This document shows, in pieces, positions 32,387 to 42,756 of a stretch of 64,000 nt of DNA. Position numbers and translations under genes: made by a program. The DNA is from Pirellulales bacterium (GTDB taxonomy: Bacteria > Planctomycetota > Planctomycetia > Pirellulales > JAICIG01). Where the stretch lies: NCBI GenBank assembly GCA_040901675.1, contig JBBDYJ010000035.1, positions 96,001-160,000 of the forward strand, written 5' to 3'. The stretch's first letter is position 1. Each line of letters begins with the position of its first letter. The notes under the pieces are model-generated. The model did not search any database. It was given only the letters and a program-made list of their open reading frames with translations, and was not told the DNA's origin.

Positions 32387-34336
32387 ATGCCTTTGCGTCC
32401 CGCCGCCAGCCGCGAGCGTTTTCAAGAATACCGCCAGGATCTTAAGCGCCGGCGCAGCCAGGCGGCGCCCCACACCGAGCCCGGCACCAACGGGCAGCCG
32501 GAAACGCCAAGGCCGGCGCATCGCTCGTTCTGGAGGCTGCTGGTCGAGTTCTGGAAGCTGCTCGGCGGCCATCGCGGGCTGGTCGCTTTCTCGCTGGCGA
32601 CGCTCGGCGTTTCAACGCTGCTGAAGCTGCTGCCGCCCGCCGCCACCAAGATCACGATCGACTACGTGCTGGCGGCCCAGCCGATCGAGAGCGTCTGGGC
32701 CGAGCGGCTGAACCTGCCCGACGATCGCGGCCGCTTGCTGCTCTTGTTGGCGGCGGCCGTGTTGGCCATTTCGTTCGTCTCGACGGCGGTTCACCTCTGG
32801 GGCCGCTGGCACGCCACGCGGGCCACCAAGCGGGTGCAGGCCGCGGTCCGCCGCAAAGTTTTCGACCACGCGGTGCGGTTGCCGCTGCACCGGGTCTACC
32901 AGCTCAAGTCGGGCGGTCTGACCAGCATGCTCCGCGAAGACGCCGGCGGCGTGGCCGAGCTGATCTTCAGCATGCTTTACAATCCCTGGCGGGCGATCAT
33001 CCAGCTTACCGGCAGCATGGCCGTGCTGGCCTGGGTCGACTGGCGGCTGCTGTTGGGCTCGCTCGTGCTGTTGCCGTCGGTGTTCTTAAGCCACCGCACC
33101 TGGATCAGCCGCATTCGCCCGCTGCACCGCGACATCCGCCGGCAGCGGCAGGACATCGACAGCCACGCCACCGAGGCCTTTGGCGGAATGCGGGTGGTGC
33201 GCGCTTTCAGCCGGCAGCGGAGCGAGACGGGCCGCTTCACCCGCGCCAACCACCTGATGGCCCGGCAGGAGCTGCACGCCTGGTGGTGGGCGCGGGGCGT
33301 GGAGATCGTCTGGGAGATCCTGATCCCGCTGGCCTCGGCCGCGCTGCTGCTCTACGGCGGCTGGCAGGTGTTGTCTGGAAACCTGTCGCTGGGCGACCTG
33401 ATGATGTTTCTCGTTTACCTGACGATGCTGCTGGGTCCCCTGGCCACGCTGGCCGAGAGCGCCACTTCGCTGCAGAGCGGGCTGGCCGGCTTGGACCGCG
33501 TGCTGGACCTGCTCGGCGAGCCGACCGAGATGCCGCGCGTGCCCGGTTCGATTTCGGTCGACCCGGCCCGCGCGGCGGGCCGCGTCCGCTTCGACGGCGT
33601 GAGCTTCCGTTATCCGGGTTCGGACGAACTGGTGCTCAACGAGATCGATCTCGACGTCGAGCCGGGACAGATGATCGCCCTGGTCGGCCCCAGCGGCGCG
33701 GGCAAAACGACGCTCTGCAACCTGGTCGCCCGTTTCTACGACCCGACCGAAGGCAGCATCGAGCTGGACGGCATCGACTTGCGCAAGATCGACGTGGAAA
33801 GTTACCGGCGGCTGCTGGGCATCGTCGAGCAGGATATCTTCCTGTTCGACGGCACCGTGGCCGAAAACATCGGCTATGCCCTGCGAGGGGCCGATCCGGC
33901 CGACATCGAGCAGGCGGCCCGCGTGGCCCACGCTCACGAGTTCATCGCCGCCCTGCCGCTTGGCTACGAGACGTTGATCGGCGAGCGCGGCGTGCGGCTG
34001 AGCGGCGGGCAGCGGCAGCGGCTGGCGATCGCCCGCGCCGTGCTGGCCAATCCTCGGCTGCTGATCCTCGACGAGGCCACCAGCAACCTCGACACGGCCA
34101 GCGAGCGGCTGATTCAAGACAGCCTGCAGACGCTGATGCGCGGCCGGACCAGTTTCGTGATCGCCCACCGGCTGAGTACGATCACGCACGCGGACCGGAT
34201 CGTGGTGGTTGAGGCGGGACGCATCGTCGAAACGGGCACGCATCGCCAGTTGCTAGCTTCCAGCGGCCGGTACGAGCAGATGGTCCGCCAGCAAATGGGC
34301 CTGGCTGGTCCGGTTGCGGCCAACGGCGATCCATAG
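32387..34336 (+). CDS. ABC exporter, fused permease and ATPase
   Basis: TM domain plus GPSGAGKTT, LSGGQRQR, ILDEATSNLD, IAHRL. TATAAT at 32307-32312. Confidence 0.95.
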   Translation: MPLRPAASRERFQEYRQDLKRRRSQAAPHTEPGTNGQPETPRPAHRSFWRLLVEFWKLLGGHRGLVAFSLATLGVSTLLKLLPPAATKITIDYVLAAQPIESVWAERLNLPDDRGRLLLLLAAAVLAISFVSTAVHLWGRWHATRATKRVQAAVRRKVFDHAVRLPLHRVYQLKSGGLTSMLREDAGGVAELIFSMLYNPWRAIIQLTGSMAVLAWVDWRLLLGSLVLLPSVFLSHRTWISRIRPLHRDIRRQRQDIDSHATEAFGGMRVVRAFSRQRSETGRFTRANHLMARQELHAWWWARGVEIVWEILIPLASAALLLYGGWQVLSGNLSLGDLMMFLVYLTMLLGPLATLAESATSLQSGLAGLDRVLDLLGEPTEMPRVPGSISVDPARAAGRVRFDGVSFRYPGSDELVLNEIDLDVEPGQMIALVGPSGAGKTTLCNLVARFYDPTEGSIELDGIDLRKIDVESYRRLLGIVEQDIFLFDGTVAENIGYALRGADPADIEQAARVAHAHEFIAALPLGYETLIGERGVRLSGGQRQRLAIARAVLANPRLLILDEATSNLDTASERLIQDSLQTLMRGRTSFVIAHRLSTITHADRIVVVEAGRIVETGTHRQLLASSGRYEQMVRQQMGLAGPVAANGDP

Positions 34337-34352
34337 CCTTCAGCCTTCATGT

Positions 34353-34418
34353 CCGTGCTGCAAGTCCGCCTCCGGAGGACTGAAGGTCCGCCTCTGGTGG
34401 GCTGCAAGTCCGCCGAAG
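34353..34418. repeat. Cluster of CTGCAAG-TCCGCC(TCC)GGCGGA-family repeats
   Basis: Three degenerate copies between convergent genes. Also at 18103 and 20022-20066. Confidence 0.75.
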
Positions 34419-34434
34419 CTAGGATCCACTATCC

Positions 34435-37400
34435 TTACCGGGCGCGCAGCGCCGGCTGGCGGGTGAGGGCCGGCGTCGATGGCGGCGAAGCGAGATAGGC
34501 GAACAGGTCGGCAATCTCCGCCAGCGTGAGTGTGTTCAACAGCCCCTCGGGCATGGCCGACTTCTGGCTGGGCACGATCTGCTCGACTTCGGCGTTCTTG
34601 AGCGCGGTTTTCTCGCCGTTGGGCCCAAGCACGACCAGCATGTCCTTGCCCACGGGTGCCACGATGCCGGTGTACGTGAGGCCTTGGCGGGTGGTCACGG
34701 ACTTGCTGGCATATTGATCGGAGATCACGTGCGAGGGGAAGACGATCGATTCGAGGATTTCCTTGCGCTGAAACCGCTGGCTCACCGTCGACAAGTCGGG
34801 CCCGACCGGCTCGCCGCGGCTGCCGTAACGGTGGCATTTGATGCACTGCGCTTTGACAAACGTCTCGGCGCCGCGGCGCGGATCGGCCTGCGAAGCCTCG
34901 TCGCTCGACAGAAAGCCCAGCAGCTCCTCGTAGCTCCACTGGGCCCCCGGATCTTCGACCGGCAGCGTGGCCGCCGGCTCGTCCGGATATTGCTCGACGA
35001 ACCACTGCTGCCAGGCGGCCAGGGCCTGGTCCCAGCGGTCCTTCGGTTTTCCGACGGTTTCGCCGGTCCATTTTGCCAGCAGTCGGATGGCCAGCGGCGC
35101 GCCCTGCTCTTTCAGCTTCAAGCCGGCCAGAATCACTTGCCGCACCGGCTCCGGCTCGCGGGGCGACCCTTCGACGCGGGCGAGCTGCGTGATCACTTCG
35201 CGGGCGGCCGCTCCTTCCACGATCGAGAGCGAACGCAGCAGCACCGGCCAGTTCTCGCCTTGGGGCGCCTGGGCCAGTCCCATGGCAAGTTCCTCGCGCC
35301 GTTCGGGGCTCCTTTCGTAGGCCTCCCGCAGGTGGGCCATCGCCTTCGAGTCGGTGCTGCGCCCCAATACGGCCACGACCCCGGTGGCCAGGCGAATGGC
35401 CGCCGGGTCGGTCATCTCCTCCAACTGTCCGTCCAGCTCGATCAGCCGGCGGATCACATCGTCGCCGGGATGCTCCGGGAGCGAAACCAGAACGAACAGC
35501 GCGGCGGTTGGCCACTCGGCGGCCTTGTCCAGCACCAGCGACCGCTCTACTTCGCTGAACGAAGCGATGAAGTCGCGCGAGACGTTGTCGATATACCCTG
35601 AAAAGCTGTGGCCGCCCGGCAGGGCCCGTGCTTTCTCGTAGAAGTCGACCAGCGCCAACTTCTGCTGGCTGGTCCAGCCCTCGGTGAGAAAGCGGGCGTG
35701 CAGGCCGACGTGCAGCTTCTCCTCGATGGGCGCGGCGCCGGCGAGCGTTTCCAAGAAGCGGGGGATGACGCTCGGCTGCTGCAGGTAAACCAGCAACCGC
35801 ACCAGCTCGCGGTTGATCCGCTGCTCGCGGCCCGGCGGCTCGTTGGCCGGATACTCGTCGGCCAACTGCCGGCAGAGGTCGGGCACGTTCTCGCGCGTCA
35901 ATTCACCGCGTTTCAAAGCCAGTTCCAAGACGCGCAGCAGATCGACGAAGTCGTCGTCCCTCATGTATCCGCGCATCAGGGCGCTGGCCCGCGTGATGAC
36001 GGCGTCGATCGTCTTGGCATCCGGGTCGAGGACCAACAGGCCCGTCGCCCCCACCAGGAACACCCGGTGGTTCTCGGCCTCCAAGACGGCCGGCTCCCAC
36101 CGCTGGGTGGGCAGGCTTTCCAATGCCCGGCGGGCCGCCCACGACACGTATGGATTCGGATCGGCCAGCAGGCGGATCAGCGGTTCGGCCGGGGGCTTGT
36201 AGCCGCCGCGGACCAGCGATTCGCAGGCCACGCGGCGGACCGTGGCATCGGCGTCGGTGAGCATCTCGACCAGCCGCTCGCCCGCCGGCTTGCCGGTGTG
36301 CAGCGCCATCAGCGAGGCCGCTTTCGACCGCAGCTCCGCGTTGGTCTCGCGCGAGACGCGGACCAGCATCTGCGTGGTCGGAAACGGACCGACAAGCTGC
36401 ATCAAGTCCAAGGCCCGCGTCCGGTCGTTGATCGAGTAGGCCGAGTTGTCGACCACCGCCGCCAGTTGGCGGTCCCACTCGCCGCCGAGCGACTGTTGGA
36501 TGGCGGCCACGTGCTGCCTGGCAAAGGCACTGTGCAACTGCGGTTGGCGGATGGCCTCCAGCACGCCTTCGATCTTGGGCCGCGGCGGCACGCCGCCGGT
36601 CCATACCACGCGGTAGATGCCTCCCTGCGTGCCCCGGCCGCCGGTGCAGAAATAGAGCCAGCCGTCGGGTCCCACGGCAATGTCGGTGGCGTTGAGCGGG
36701 CGTCCTTCGAGGAATACTTCGGCCTGGCCCGCGTACGTGCCGCCGGCCGGCTGCAGCCGCATGGCCAGGATCCGGCCCTGCGACCAATCGCAGGCGAACA
36801 TGGCGTTGTGATAGCGAACCGGGAAGCGGAAGTGGTTGTAGAACTCGACGCCGGTGGGCGACCCCCGGCCGGTATCCAGCGTCGACGGGAGGCTGTCGAC
36901 ATAGTAGGGCGGCCAGACGGCCCAGCCGCTGCGCCAGCCATACTCGCCGCCGGCCACGATATGGTTGATCCGCGTGGGCCGGTACCAGGGCTGGCCCACG
37001 TCCCACTCCATGTCCGAGTCGTAGGTGAACAGGTCGCCTTGGCGGTTGAAGGCGATGTCGTAGGCGTTGCGGAAGCCGCCGGCAAAGATCTGGACGAAGT
37101 CGCCTTCGGTGTTGGTCCGCACGACGGTGCCCCCGGGCGCCTTGAGCCCCGCCGCATGGCCGTTGGCGTCCTCGTAGCGCGGCCCGACCAGGTCGCCTTC
37201 ATAGAAATGATGGTGCGGGCTCTCCGCCGCCGGCTCGACGCTGATCTGCGCATGGTTGCCCACCATCATGTAGATCAGCCCGTCGGGACCCAGCACCGGC
37301 ACGTGCGCGCCATGCTCGCCCATCGCCCCGTCGAACTTCACCAGCATGGTTGCCGTTTCGGCAACGTCGTCGGCATCCTCGTCGGAGAGGCGGTAAAGCG

Positions 37401-38268
37401 CCGGGCCTTCCGCCCCCTCGCCGATCGCGAACACCTCCCCGTTGAGGGCCAGGATTCCCTGGCAGTTCTTGACGATGTCGCAGTACGTGCTGACCGTCTC
37501 CACCACTCCGTCGCGATCCTCGTCGATGATGGCGATCAGCGCGCCGCCTTCCCTGGAGGCGATGATGTCGCCCCATTCGTTGAAGGCCATGGCCACCAGC
37601 GAGCCGGTCTGTTCCGGGCTGACGACTTGCTCGACCCGGAACTCGGCCGGCAGAATGAAGCGGCCCGCGCCCCCGCCGTCGCCCGCGACCTGGTTGGTCC
37701 AGGGGGGCGTCGATCCGAAGGGCCCGAAGCTGCGCGCCGGGATCCACTGCGAATCGTCGAACTGGATGGTCTCCCAGCCGGGCGATTGCTTCAGGCTGGT
37801 CTTCCAGCTTGTATCGCTGACTTGGGCTATTTCGCCCCCTGCCGGCCCTGCCAGCTTGATCCGGACCGCGAGGCCGGCTGAAGCGCCCGTTTTATTGGCC
37901 GCCTTGACGGCGATCACGTTGCGGCCGCTCTGCAGGTATGGCACTAGCTCGTAGGTGGTCATCCGCCGCCAATCGTCGCCGGACGCCATCTGGCGGCCAT
38001 TCACGTACAGCTCGTAGGCGTCGTCGCAGGCGATTTGGATGTGGCCCCGCTCGCTCCCCTTGAGCACCAGCGAGTGCCTGAAAAAGCAGGCGCCGGCCGG
38101 CACCAGGTCCTTGGTATGGGCCGGCGACCAGATCCATTGAGCTTCGGGGGCCGGGGCCGGGGCCGGGCCGGCCGCGTTTTGTGCCGGGGCATCGAGCAAT
38201 CGCAGGACCAGGCAGGCCGAGAGCGTCGACGCCAGCAACATCAGCCGGCGACAGCATCGCAGGTTCAT
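34435..38268 (-). CDS. PVC-type membrane-bound dehydrogenase-like protein (beta-propeller, HEAT repeats, cytochrome c)
   Basis: Signal peptide, GFRNAYD, DSDMEWD, HEAT repeats, CIKCH...GPDLS...SAMPEGL. Confidence 0.9.
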   Translation of the reverse strand: MNLRCCRRLMLLASTLSACLVLRLLDAPAQNAAGPAPAPAPEAQWIWSPAHTKDLVPAGACFFRHSLVLKGSERGHIQIACDDAYELYVNGRQMASGDDWRRMTTYELVPYLQSGRNVIAVKAANKTGASAGLAVRIKLAGPAGGEIAQVSDTSWKTSLKQSPGWETIQFDDSQWIPARSFGPFGSTPPWTNQVAGDGGGAGRFILPAEFRVEQVVSPEQTGSLVAMAFNEWGDIIASREGGALIAIIDEDRDGVVETVSTYCDIVKNCQGILALNGEVFAIGEGAEGPALYRLSDEDADDVAETATMLVKFDGAMGEHGAHVPVLGPDGLIYMMVGNHAQISVEPAAESPHHHFYEGDLVGPRYEDANGHAAGLKAPGGTVVRTNTEGDFVQIFAGGFRNAYDIAFNRQGDLFTYDSDMEWDVGQPWYRPTRINHIVAGGEYGWRSGWAVWPPYYVDSLPSTLDTGRGSPTGVEFYNHFRFPVRYHNAMFACDWSQGRILAMRLQPAGGTYAGQAEVFLEGRPLNATDIAVGPDGWLYFCTGGRGTQGGIYRVVWTGGVPPRPKIEGVLEAIRQPQLHSAFARQHVAAIQQSLGGEWDRQLAAVVDNSAYSINDRTRALDLMQLVGPFPTTQMLVRVSRETNAELRSKAASLMALHTGKPAGERLVEMLTDADATVRRVACESLVRGGYKPPAEPLIRLLADPNPYVSWAARRALESLPTQRWEPAVLEAENHRVFLVGATGLLVLDPDAKTIDAVITRASALMRGYMRDDDFVDLLRVLELALKRGELTRENVPDLCRQLADEYPANEPPGREQRINRELVRLLVYLQQPSVIPRFLETLAGAAPIEEKLHVGLHARFLTEGWTSQQKLALVDFYEKARALPGGHSFSGYIDNVSRDFIASFSEVERSLVLDKAAEWPTAALFVLVSLPEHPGDDVIRRLIELDGQLEEMTDPAAIRLATGVVAVLGRSTDSKAMAHLREAYERSPERREELAMGLAQAPQGENWPVLLRSLSIVEGAAAREVITQLARVEGSPREPEPVRQVILAGLKLKEQGAPLAIRLLAKWTGETVGKPKDRWDQALAAWQQWFVEQYPDEPAATLPVEDPGAQWSYEELLGFLSSDEASQADPRRGAETFVKAQCIKCHRYGSRGEPVGPDLSTVSQRFQRKEILESIVFPSHVISDQYASKSVTTRQGLTYTGIVAPVGKDMLVVLGPNGEKTALKNAEVEQIVPSQKSAMPEGLLNTLTLAEIADLFAYLASPPSTPALTRQPALRAR

Positions 38269-38675
38269 GGGACTTTGGCTCGCTGGAAATGGAAACGAGG
38301 CGGCTTTCCCGAGCGAATGCGGGCGGGATAAGGTAGCGAGATTGCCCGGCCGGGGCAACACCGATCCGCCCGGCCGGATGTGCCCGCCAGCCGCCGAACA
38401 GCGACCAGATCCACGTGTTCGGCCCACACCCACCCCTTTTTTGGCGCCGCCGCCTCTCAGGGCCCCTGGGGAGGGCTGTCCGTCTTCGTAACGCGGAGGC
38501 GGTTCCAGGGGGCGTTTTGGCCAGGGGCACTGCCATCGAAAGGCATCGCGAAGAACCGACCAGACGACGAGGAACTGCTCGGCTTCCGCGCCGAGGCGGA
38601 GGAACTGATGGGCATCGGCGAGGGGGCAGACTCCGGGGGTGAACGATGGGCCCAGAGCTCCGAACGGGAGGAAAA

Positions 38676-39002
38676 TTAATGCACGCGCAGCGATTGTTCG
38701 GTAATGAGGATTTCGAGCTGGTCGAACTCGCGCAGCAGGTCGCGTTTGAGCTGCGCGATGAACCGCGTGCTGCCCTGACGGCGGAAATCCAGCACGGTCA
38801 TGAAGATGACCTCATCGAGGTAGAGCCGGCTCTCGCCGTGCCAGATGCCGCGCAGCGGGAACTCGCGCTGTTGAGAGGTCAGGCCGCCGAACCGGGCCAC
38901 CAACCGCCGCTCCACCGCGTCAAAGAGCGCCTCGGCGATGGCTCGGCCGGCGTTGTCAGCCAAGGGGAGATAGAGGTCGTAGCGCCTGGCCGCCCTAGCC
39001 AT
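38676..39002 (-). CDS. Hypothetical protein, 108 aa
   Basis: RYDLYLPL...RFGGLT...LKRDL...FDQLEILIT. Overlaps the upstream gene by 8 nt. Confidence 0.7.
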   Translation of the reverse strand: MARAARRYDLYLPLADNAGRAIAEALFDAVERRLVARFGGLTSQQREFPLRGIWHGESRLYLDEVIFMTVLDFRRQGSTRFIAQLKRDLLREFDQLEILITEQSLRVH

Positions 39003-39195
39003 GATCGCGCCCCGCGCGCCGACCGTCGGCCGCCGCGACGACCTCGAAGGGCAATTTCTTGCGGCGCAGCAACCGAATCTGCCGCTCGCTCACCAGGTAG
39101 ACCGGTTCCTGACTGATTCGGGAGATCGGCCCGGAGGCGACCAGGACGCGCCAGACTTTGCCCCACTGTTCAGATGGAATCCGGATGGCCCGCAT
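38995..39195 (-). CDS. Hypothetical protein, 66 aa, coupled to the 108-aa gene
   Basis: Compact ORF ending YLVSERQIRLLRRKKLPFEVV. Confidence 0.6.
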   Translation of the reverse strand: MRAIRIPSEQWGKVWRVLVASGPISRISQEPVYLVSERQIRLLRRKKLPFEVVAAADGRRAGRDHG

Positions 39196-39488
39196 CGCTC
39201 AGAATCCTTGGCCGAAAGCGTGAACATTGTGACTTCTCACCAGTGTATCTGGAAAAGCGAAAAGCGGAAACCGCACTGCTGCGCATTGATGAGAGAGCCG
39301 GCGGTGCTGACCGTCCCGTACGCGCGACGCGATTGCCTTTGTGGGCCGGTTGGTCGGCGACCATGAGACGGCGCTCTGGGTTGTCGATCTGGCCGAGCCG
39401 CTGGATTCGCCTTATCGGGTCGGCGCTTTACAATAGTGCTTGGTTGGGAAGTGGGCAGCGGGGAACGGGGAAGGCAGGGGAACGGGCC

Positions 39489-41399
39489 GTGTCGGTAACC
39501 CAAGATCCGAAGCGAACATCCGCCGCGGCGGAATCGAAGACACCGAACCGCATCTGGCTCGATGGCTCCGTTCTGGCCTGCGCTTGTCCCGACTGCCAGG
39601 CCCTGATGTCGATCAGGCTCTGGCTGATGGTCGCCGACTGCTGGCAGTGCGGCGCCAGTGTCGAACTGACCCAGGAAGAACAGCAAGAGGCGATTCGACT
39701 GCTCGAGGGTGGCCGGCTCCAGGCGGCGGCTGGCGCCAGCGAAACGGATGGCGGGCAGCGGGTCCGCCCCCAGCCGCCACCGTCGGCGCCTCGCGAACCG
39801 AGCCAGCCGGCCCCCGGCTTGCCCTGTTCGCCTCCCGCCACCTGCCATCCGCCACCTGCCGCTCATCCGCAACCTGCTACCCGCCAGCCGCCACTGCCCG
39901 CCCGGATTGCGGCCGCCCAGAAGCCCAGCCGCGCGAGAGCCAGGCTGGATGCCATTCGTGCGCTGGGCGAGACCCGGTTGTGGCTGGCCAACTGGTGGCG
40001 CGACCTGCCGTGCTGGTTGACCAGCCTGGTGCTGCACATGCTGCTCATGATCCTGCTGGGCCTGTGGGCCGTTCCGAGCGGGGGGCCGCCCAGGCCGTTG
40101 ACGCTGGCGACGCAGGTGAACTCGTTGGACCAGTCGGGCGACGCCGAACGATTCTTCGAGCCTGATGCCGGGCCCGAGTTCGACGACCCTGGCGCCGTGA
40201 TGCTCGAGCCGGTCGACGAGGCCGATCCGTTTGCCCGGTCCGAATCGGAAACGCTGGTGGGAGTTGCTTTGCACCCATCGGGCGACGAGCCCGAACCGCT
40301 CCCCAGCGCCTTGTTTCCCAGCGGTCCGGCCGAGCTGCCTGCCATGCTCGTGGGCCGCGACCCCCGCTTGCGAAGCCACCTGGTCGAGCGTGAAGGCGGC
40401 ACGATCGAAAGCGAGGCGGCCGTGGCTCGCGGGCTCCAGTGGCTGGCGCGGCACCAGGACTACGACGGCAGTTGGGACCTGCGGGGGTTCTGCCTTGCCG
40501 GCGACTGCGATCGGCAATGCCGCGACGCGGCGGCCGCAAGCGACAAGGTGTCGGGCACCGCCCTGGCGTTGTTGCCCTTCCTGGGGGCCGGCCAAACCCA
40601 CCTCGCCGGCGAGTATCGGGAAGTCGTGGCCGGGGGGCTGGATTGGATGGTCGACCGTCAAGAAGAAAGCGGTGGGATGCCGCTCGAAACGCTGGGGCGG
40701 ATGTACGGCCACGGTCTGGGCGCCATCGTGTTGTGCGAGGCGTATGGGCTGACCCGCGATGAACGCTTGCGGGGCCCGGCGCAGCGTGCTCTCGACTTTA
40801 TCGCGCGGGCCCAGCACCCGCGGGGCGGCTGGCGCTATCGCCCTGGGTCGCCCGGAGACATGAGCGTCGTGGGCTGGCAGATCATGGCCCTGCGCAGCGG
40901 GGAAATGGCCTACCTCGGCATTCCGCCCGACGTGTTTGACAAGGCCGCCGGCTTTCTCGACACCGTCCAGGTTCGTCCCGACCGCGGGCTGTTCGGGTAC
41001 TTGCCGGGCAATCAGCCGACGTCGGCCATGACGGCCGAAGGACTGCTATGCCGGCAATACGCGGGTTGGCGAGCCGACGAGCCGGCGTTGGCCGCGGGCG
41101 TCGATTGGCTGATTCAGAACCATCTGCCGGCTCGCGGCCGCGAGGACATTTACTACTGGTACTACGGGACGCAGGTCATGCATCACGTGGGCGGGCCGGC
41201 TTGGCAGGCATGGAACGAGGCGCTGCGCGACCTTTTGGTCTCGATGCAGGAGACCGAGGGACACGAGGCAGGCAGTTGGTCGCCCCGGCGCGGCTTCGAC
41301 TATGCCGGCGGCCGGCTGTACGTCACTTCGCTGTCGATCTGCACCCTGGAGGTTTACTACCGGCACATGCCGCTGTACCGGACCGACGCCGTGCAGTGA
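39489..41399 (+). CDS. Prenyltransferase/squalene-oxidase-repeat protein with N-terminal Zn ribbon and TM anchor
   Basis: CPDC..CWQC, GLQWLARHQ..DGSW, GGWRY, YYWYYGTQ, LEVYYRHMP. Start codon inferred. Confidence 0.85.
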   Translation: MSVTQDPKRTSAAAESKTPNRIWLDGSVLACACPDCQALMSIRLWLMVADCWQCGASVELTQEEQQEAIRLLEGGRLQAAAGASETDGGQRVRPQPPPSAPREPSQPAPGLPCSPPATCHPPPAAHPQPATRQPPLPARIAAAQKPSRARARLDAIRALGETRLWLANWWRDLPCWLTSLVLHMLLMILLGLWAVPSGGPPRPLTLATQVNSLDQSGDAERFFEPDAGPEFDDPGAVMLEPVDEADPFARSESETLVGVALHPSGDEPEPLPSALFPSGPAELPAMLVGRDPRLRSHLVEREGGTIESEAAVARGLQWLARHQDYDGSWDLRGFCLAGDCDRQCRDAAAASDKVSGTALALLPFLGAGQTHLAGEYREVVAGGLDWMVDRQEESGGMPLETLGRMYGHGLGAIVLCEAYGLTRDERLRGPAQRALDFIARAQHPRGGWRYRPGSPGDMSVVGWQIMALRSGEMAYLGIPPDVFDKAAGFLDTVQVRPDRGLFGYLPGNQPTSAMTAEGLLCRQYAGWRADEPALAAGVDWLIQNHLPARGREDIYYWYYGTQVMHHVGGPAWQAWNEALRDLLVSMQETEGHEAGSWSPRRGFDYAGGRLYVTSLSICTLEVYYRHMPLYRTDAVQ

Positions 41400-41401
41400 G
41401 C

Positions 41402-42703
41402 TCAGCCAAACAGCTCGCTGACCGCCTGGCCTCCGTCGACGATCTTGATCGGGCGGCCGATGGGACTCATGTTCTCTTTCGACGGATCGATGCCCAGGCT
41501 GTGGTAAAACGAGCAGAACAGGTCCTCGGTCGTAACCGGCCGGTCGGCCACTTCGGTGCCCGCCTCGTTGGTCCGGCCGATCGTTCGGCCGCCTTGCACC
41601 CCGCCCCCGGCGAGCGCCACGCTGAATGCCCGCGGATAATGATCGCGGCCTGTGCGCGGATTGATCCTCGGCGTGCGGCCGAATTCGCCCATCCAGATCA
41701 CGAGTGTCTTGTCGAGCATGCCGCGTTGGGCCAGGTCTTCCAGCAGGTACGCGTAGGGCTGGTCCAACCGGGCCGTCAGGCCGCGTGTGCGGTTGAAGTT
41801 GTCGTCGTGCGTGTCCCAGCCGCCCAGGGCGACCTCGACAAAGGTGACACCCGCCTCGACCAAGCGGCGGGCCAGCAGGCAGCCGGCGCCAAAATCGCCT
41901 TCGCCGTAAGCGCCGCGAATGTTTTCCGGCTCGCGGCCGATGTCGAAGGTCTCCATCCGCGGACTGCGGATCATCCGGGCCGCCTTTTTGTAGAGACCGC
42001 GATGCTCGACGATCTCCTGCTCGATGTCGGTTCGCCGGTCGGCCGTCTCCAGCCGCTCCAGCAGGCTGAGCCGCCGCTGGTATCGTGCCGCCTCGGTGGT
42101 CGGCTGGGCGTTGTCCGGCAACCGCGCGGCGTCGGTTACGGCAAACGGGTCCTGGACCGATCCCAAGAGCCCGCCGTCGCCCACGTTGCGAAATTGCCGG
42201 CCGATCCTCACAAAGGCGGGCAGCTCGCCGCCGCCAACCGCCAGCTCGTGGGCCACCACCGAGCCGAGCGTGGGGTAGCGGATGCTGGCCGTCGGCACGT
42301 GGGCCGTGTGCAACAAGAAGCTGGCACGCTGGTGGTTGCCTTCCCGGGTGGTCATCGAGCGGACGATCGCCACCTTGTCCATCATTCCGGCCAGGTGCGG
42401 CAGATTCTCGGCCAGTTCGATGCCCGGCACGGAAGTGGAGATCGCCTTGGTCTCGCCGCCGTTTTCATGCCCCGGTTTGGGGTCGAACGTCTCGAACTGG
42501 CTGGGCCCGCCCTGCATCCAAAGCAGGATGCAGGCCATGCCCCGGCGGCGCAGCTCGTCGGCCCGCAGGCTGACTAAATCGGTCCAGGCGAAACTGCCGG
42601 CAGCCAGGCCCGCCGCGGAAGTTACCCGCAGAAAATCGCGGCGGCCCACGACCCCCTGGCGGCGCACCGCCAGACCGACGTGATGGCGTATCTCTTGGCT
42701 CAT
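41402..42703 (-). CDS. DUF1501 domain protein
   Basis: Tat-like RRDFL, LWMQGGPSQFETFDPK, GEFGRTP, GRDHYP. Confidence 0.95.
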   Translation of the reverse strand: MSQEIRHHVGLAVRRQGVVGRRDFLRVTSAAGLAAGSFAWTDLVSLRADELRRRGMACILLWMQGGPSQFETFDPKPGHENGGETKAISTSVPGIELAENLPHLAGMMDKVAIVRSMTTREGNHQRASFLLHTAHVPTASIRYPTLGSVVAHELAVGGGELPAFVRIGRQFRNVGDGGLLGSVQDPFAVTDAARLPDNAQPTTEAARYQRRLSLLERLETADRRTDIEQEIVEHRGLYKKAARMIRSPRMETFDIGREPENIRGAYGEGDFGAGCLLARRLVEAGVTFVEVALGGWDTHDDNFNRTRGLTARLDQPYAYLLEDLAQRGMLDKTLVIWMGEFGRTPRINPRTGRDHYPRAFSVALAGGGVQGGRTIGRTNEAGTEVADRPVTTEDLFCSFYHSLGIDPSKENMSPIGRPIKIVDGGQAVSELFG

Positions 42704-42756
42704 GGGAGGTTCCTGTCGAGGGGTTTTCTGCTTGTTGAGTTGGTACAGCCCCTTGA

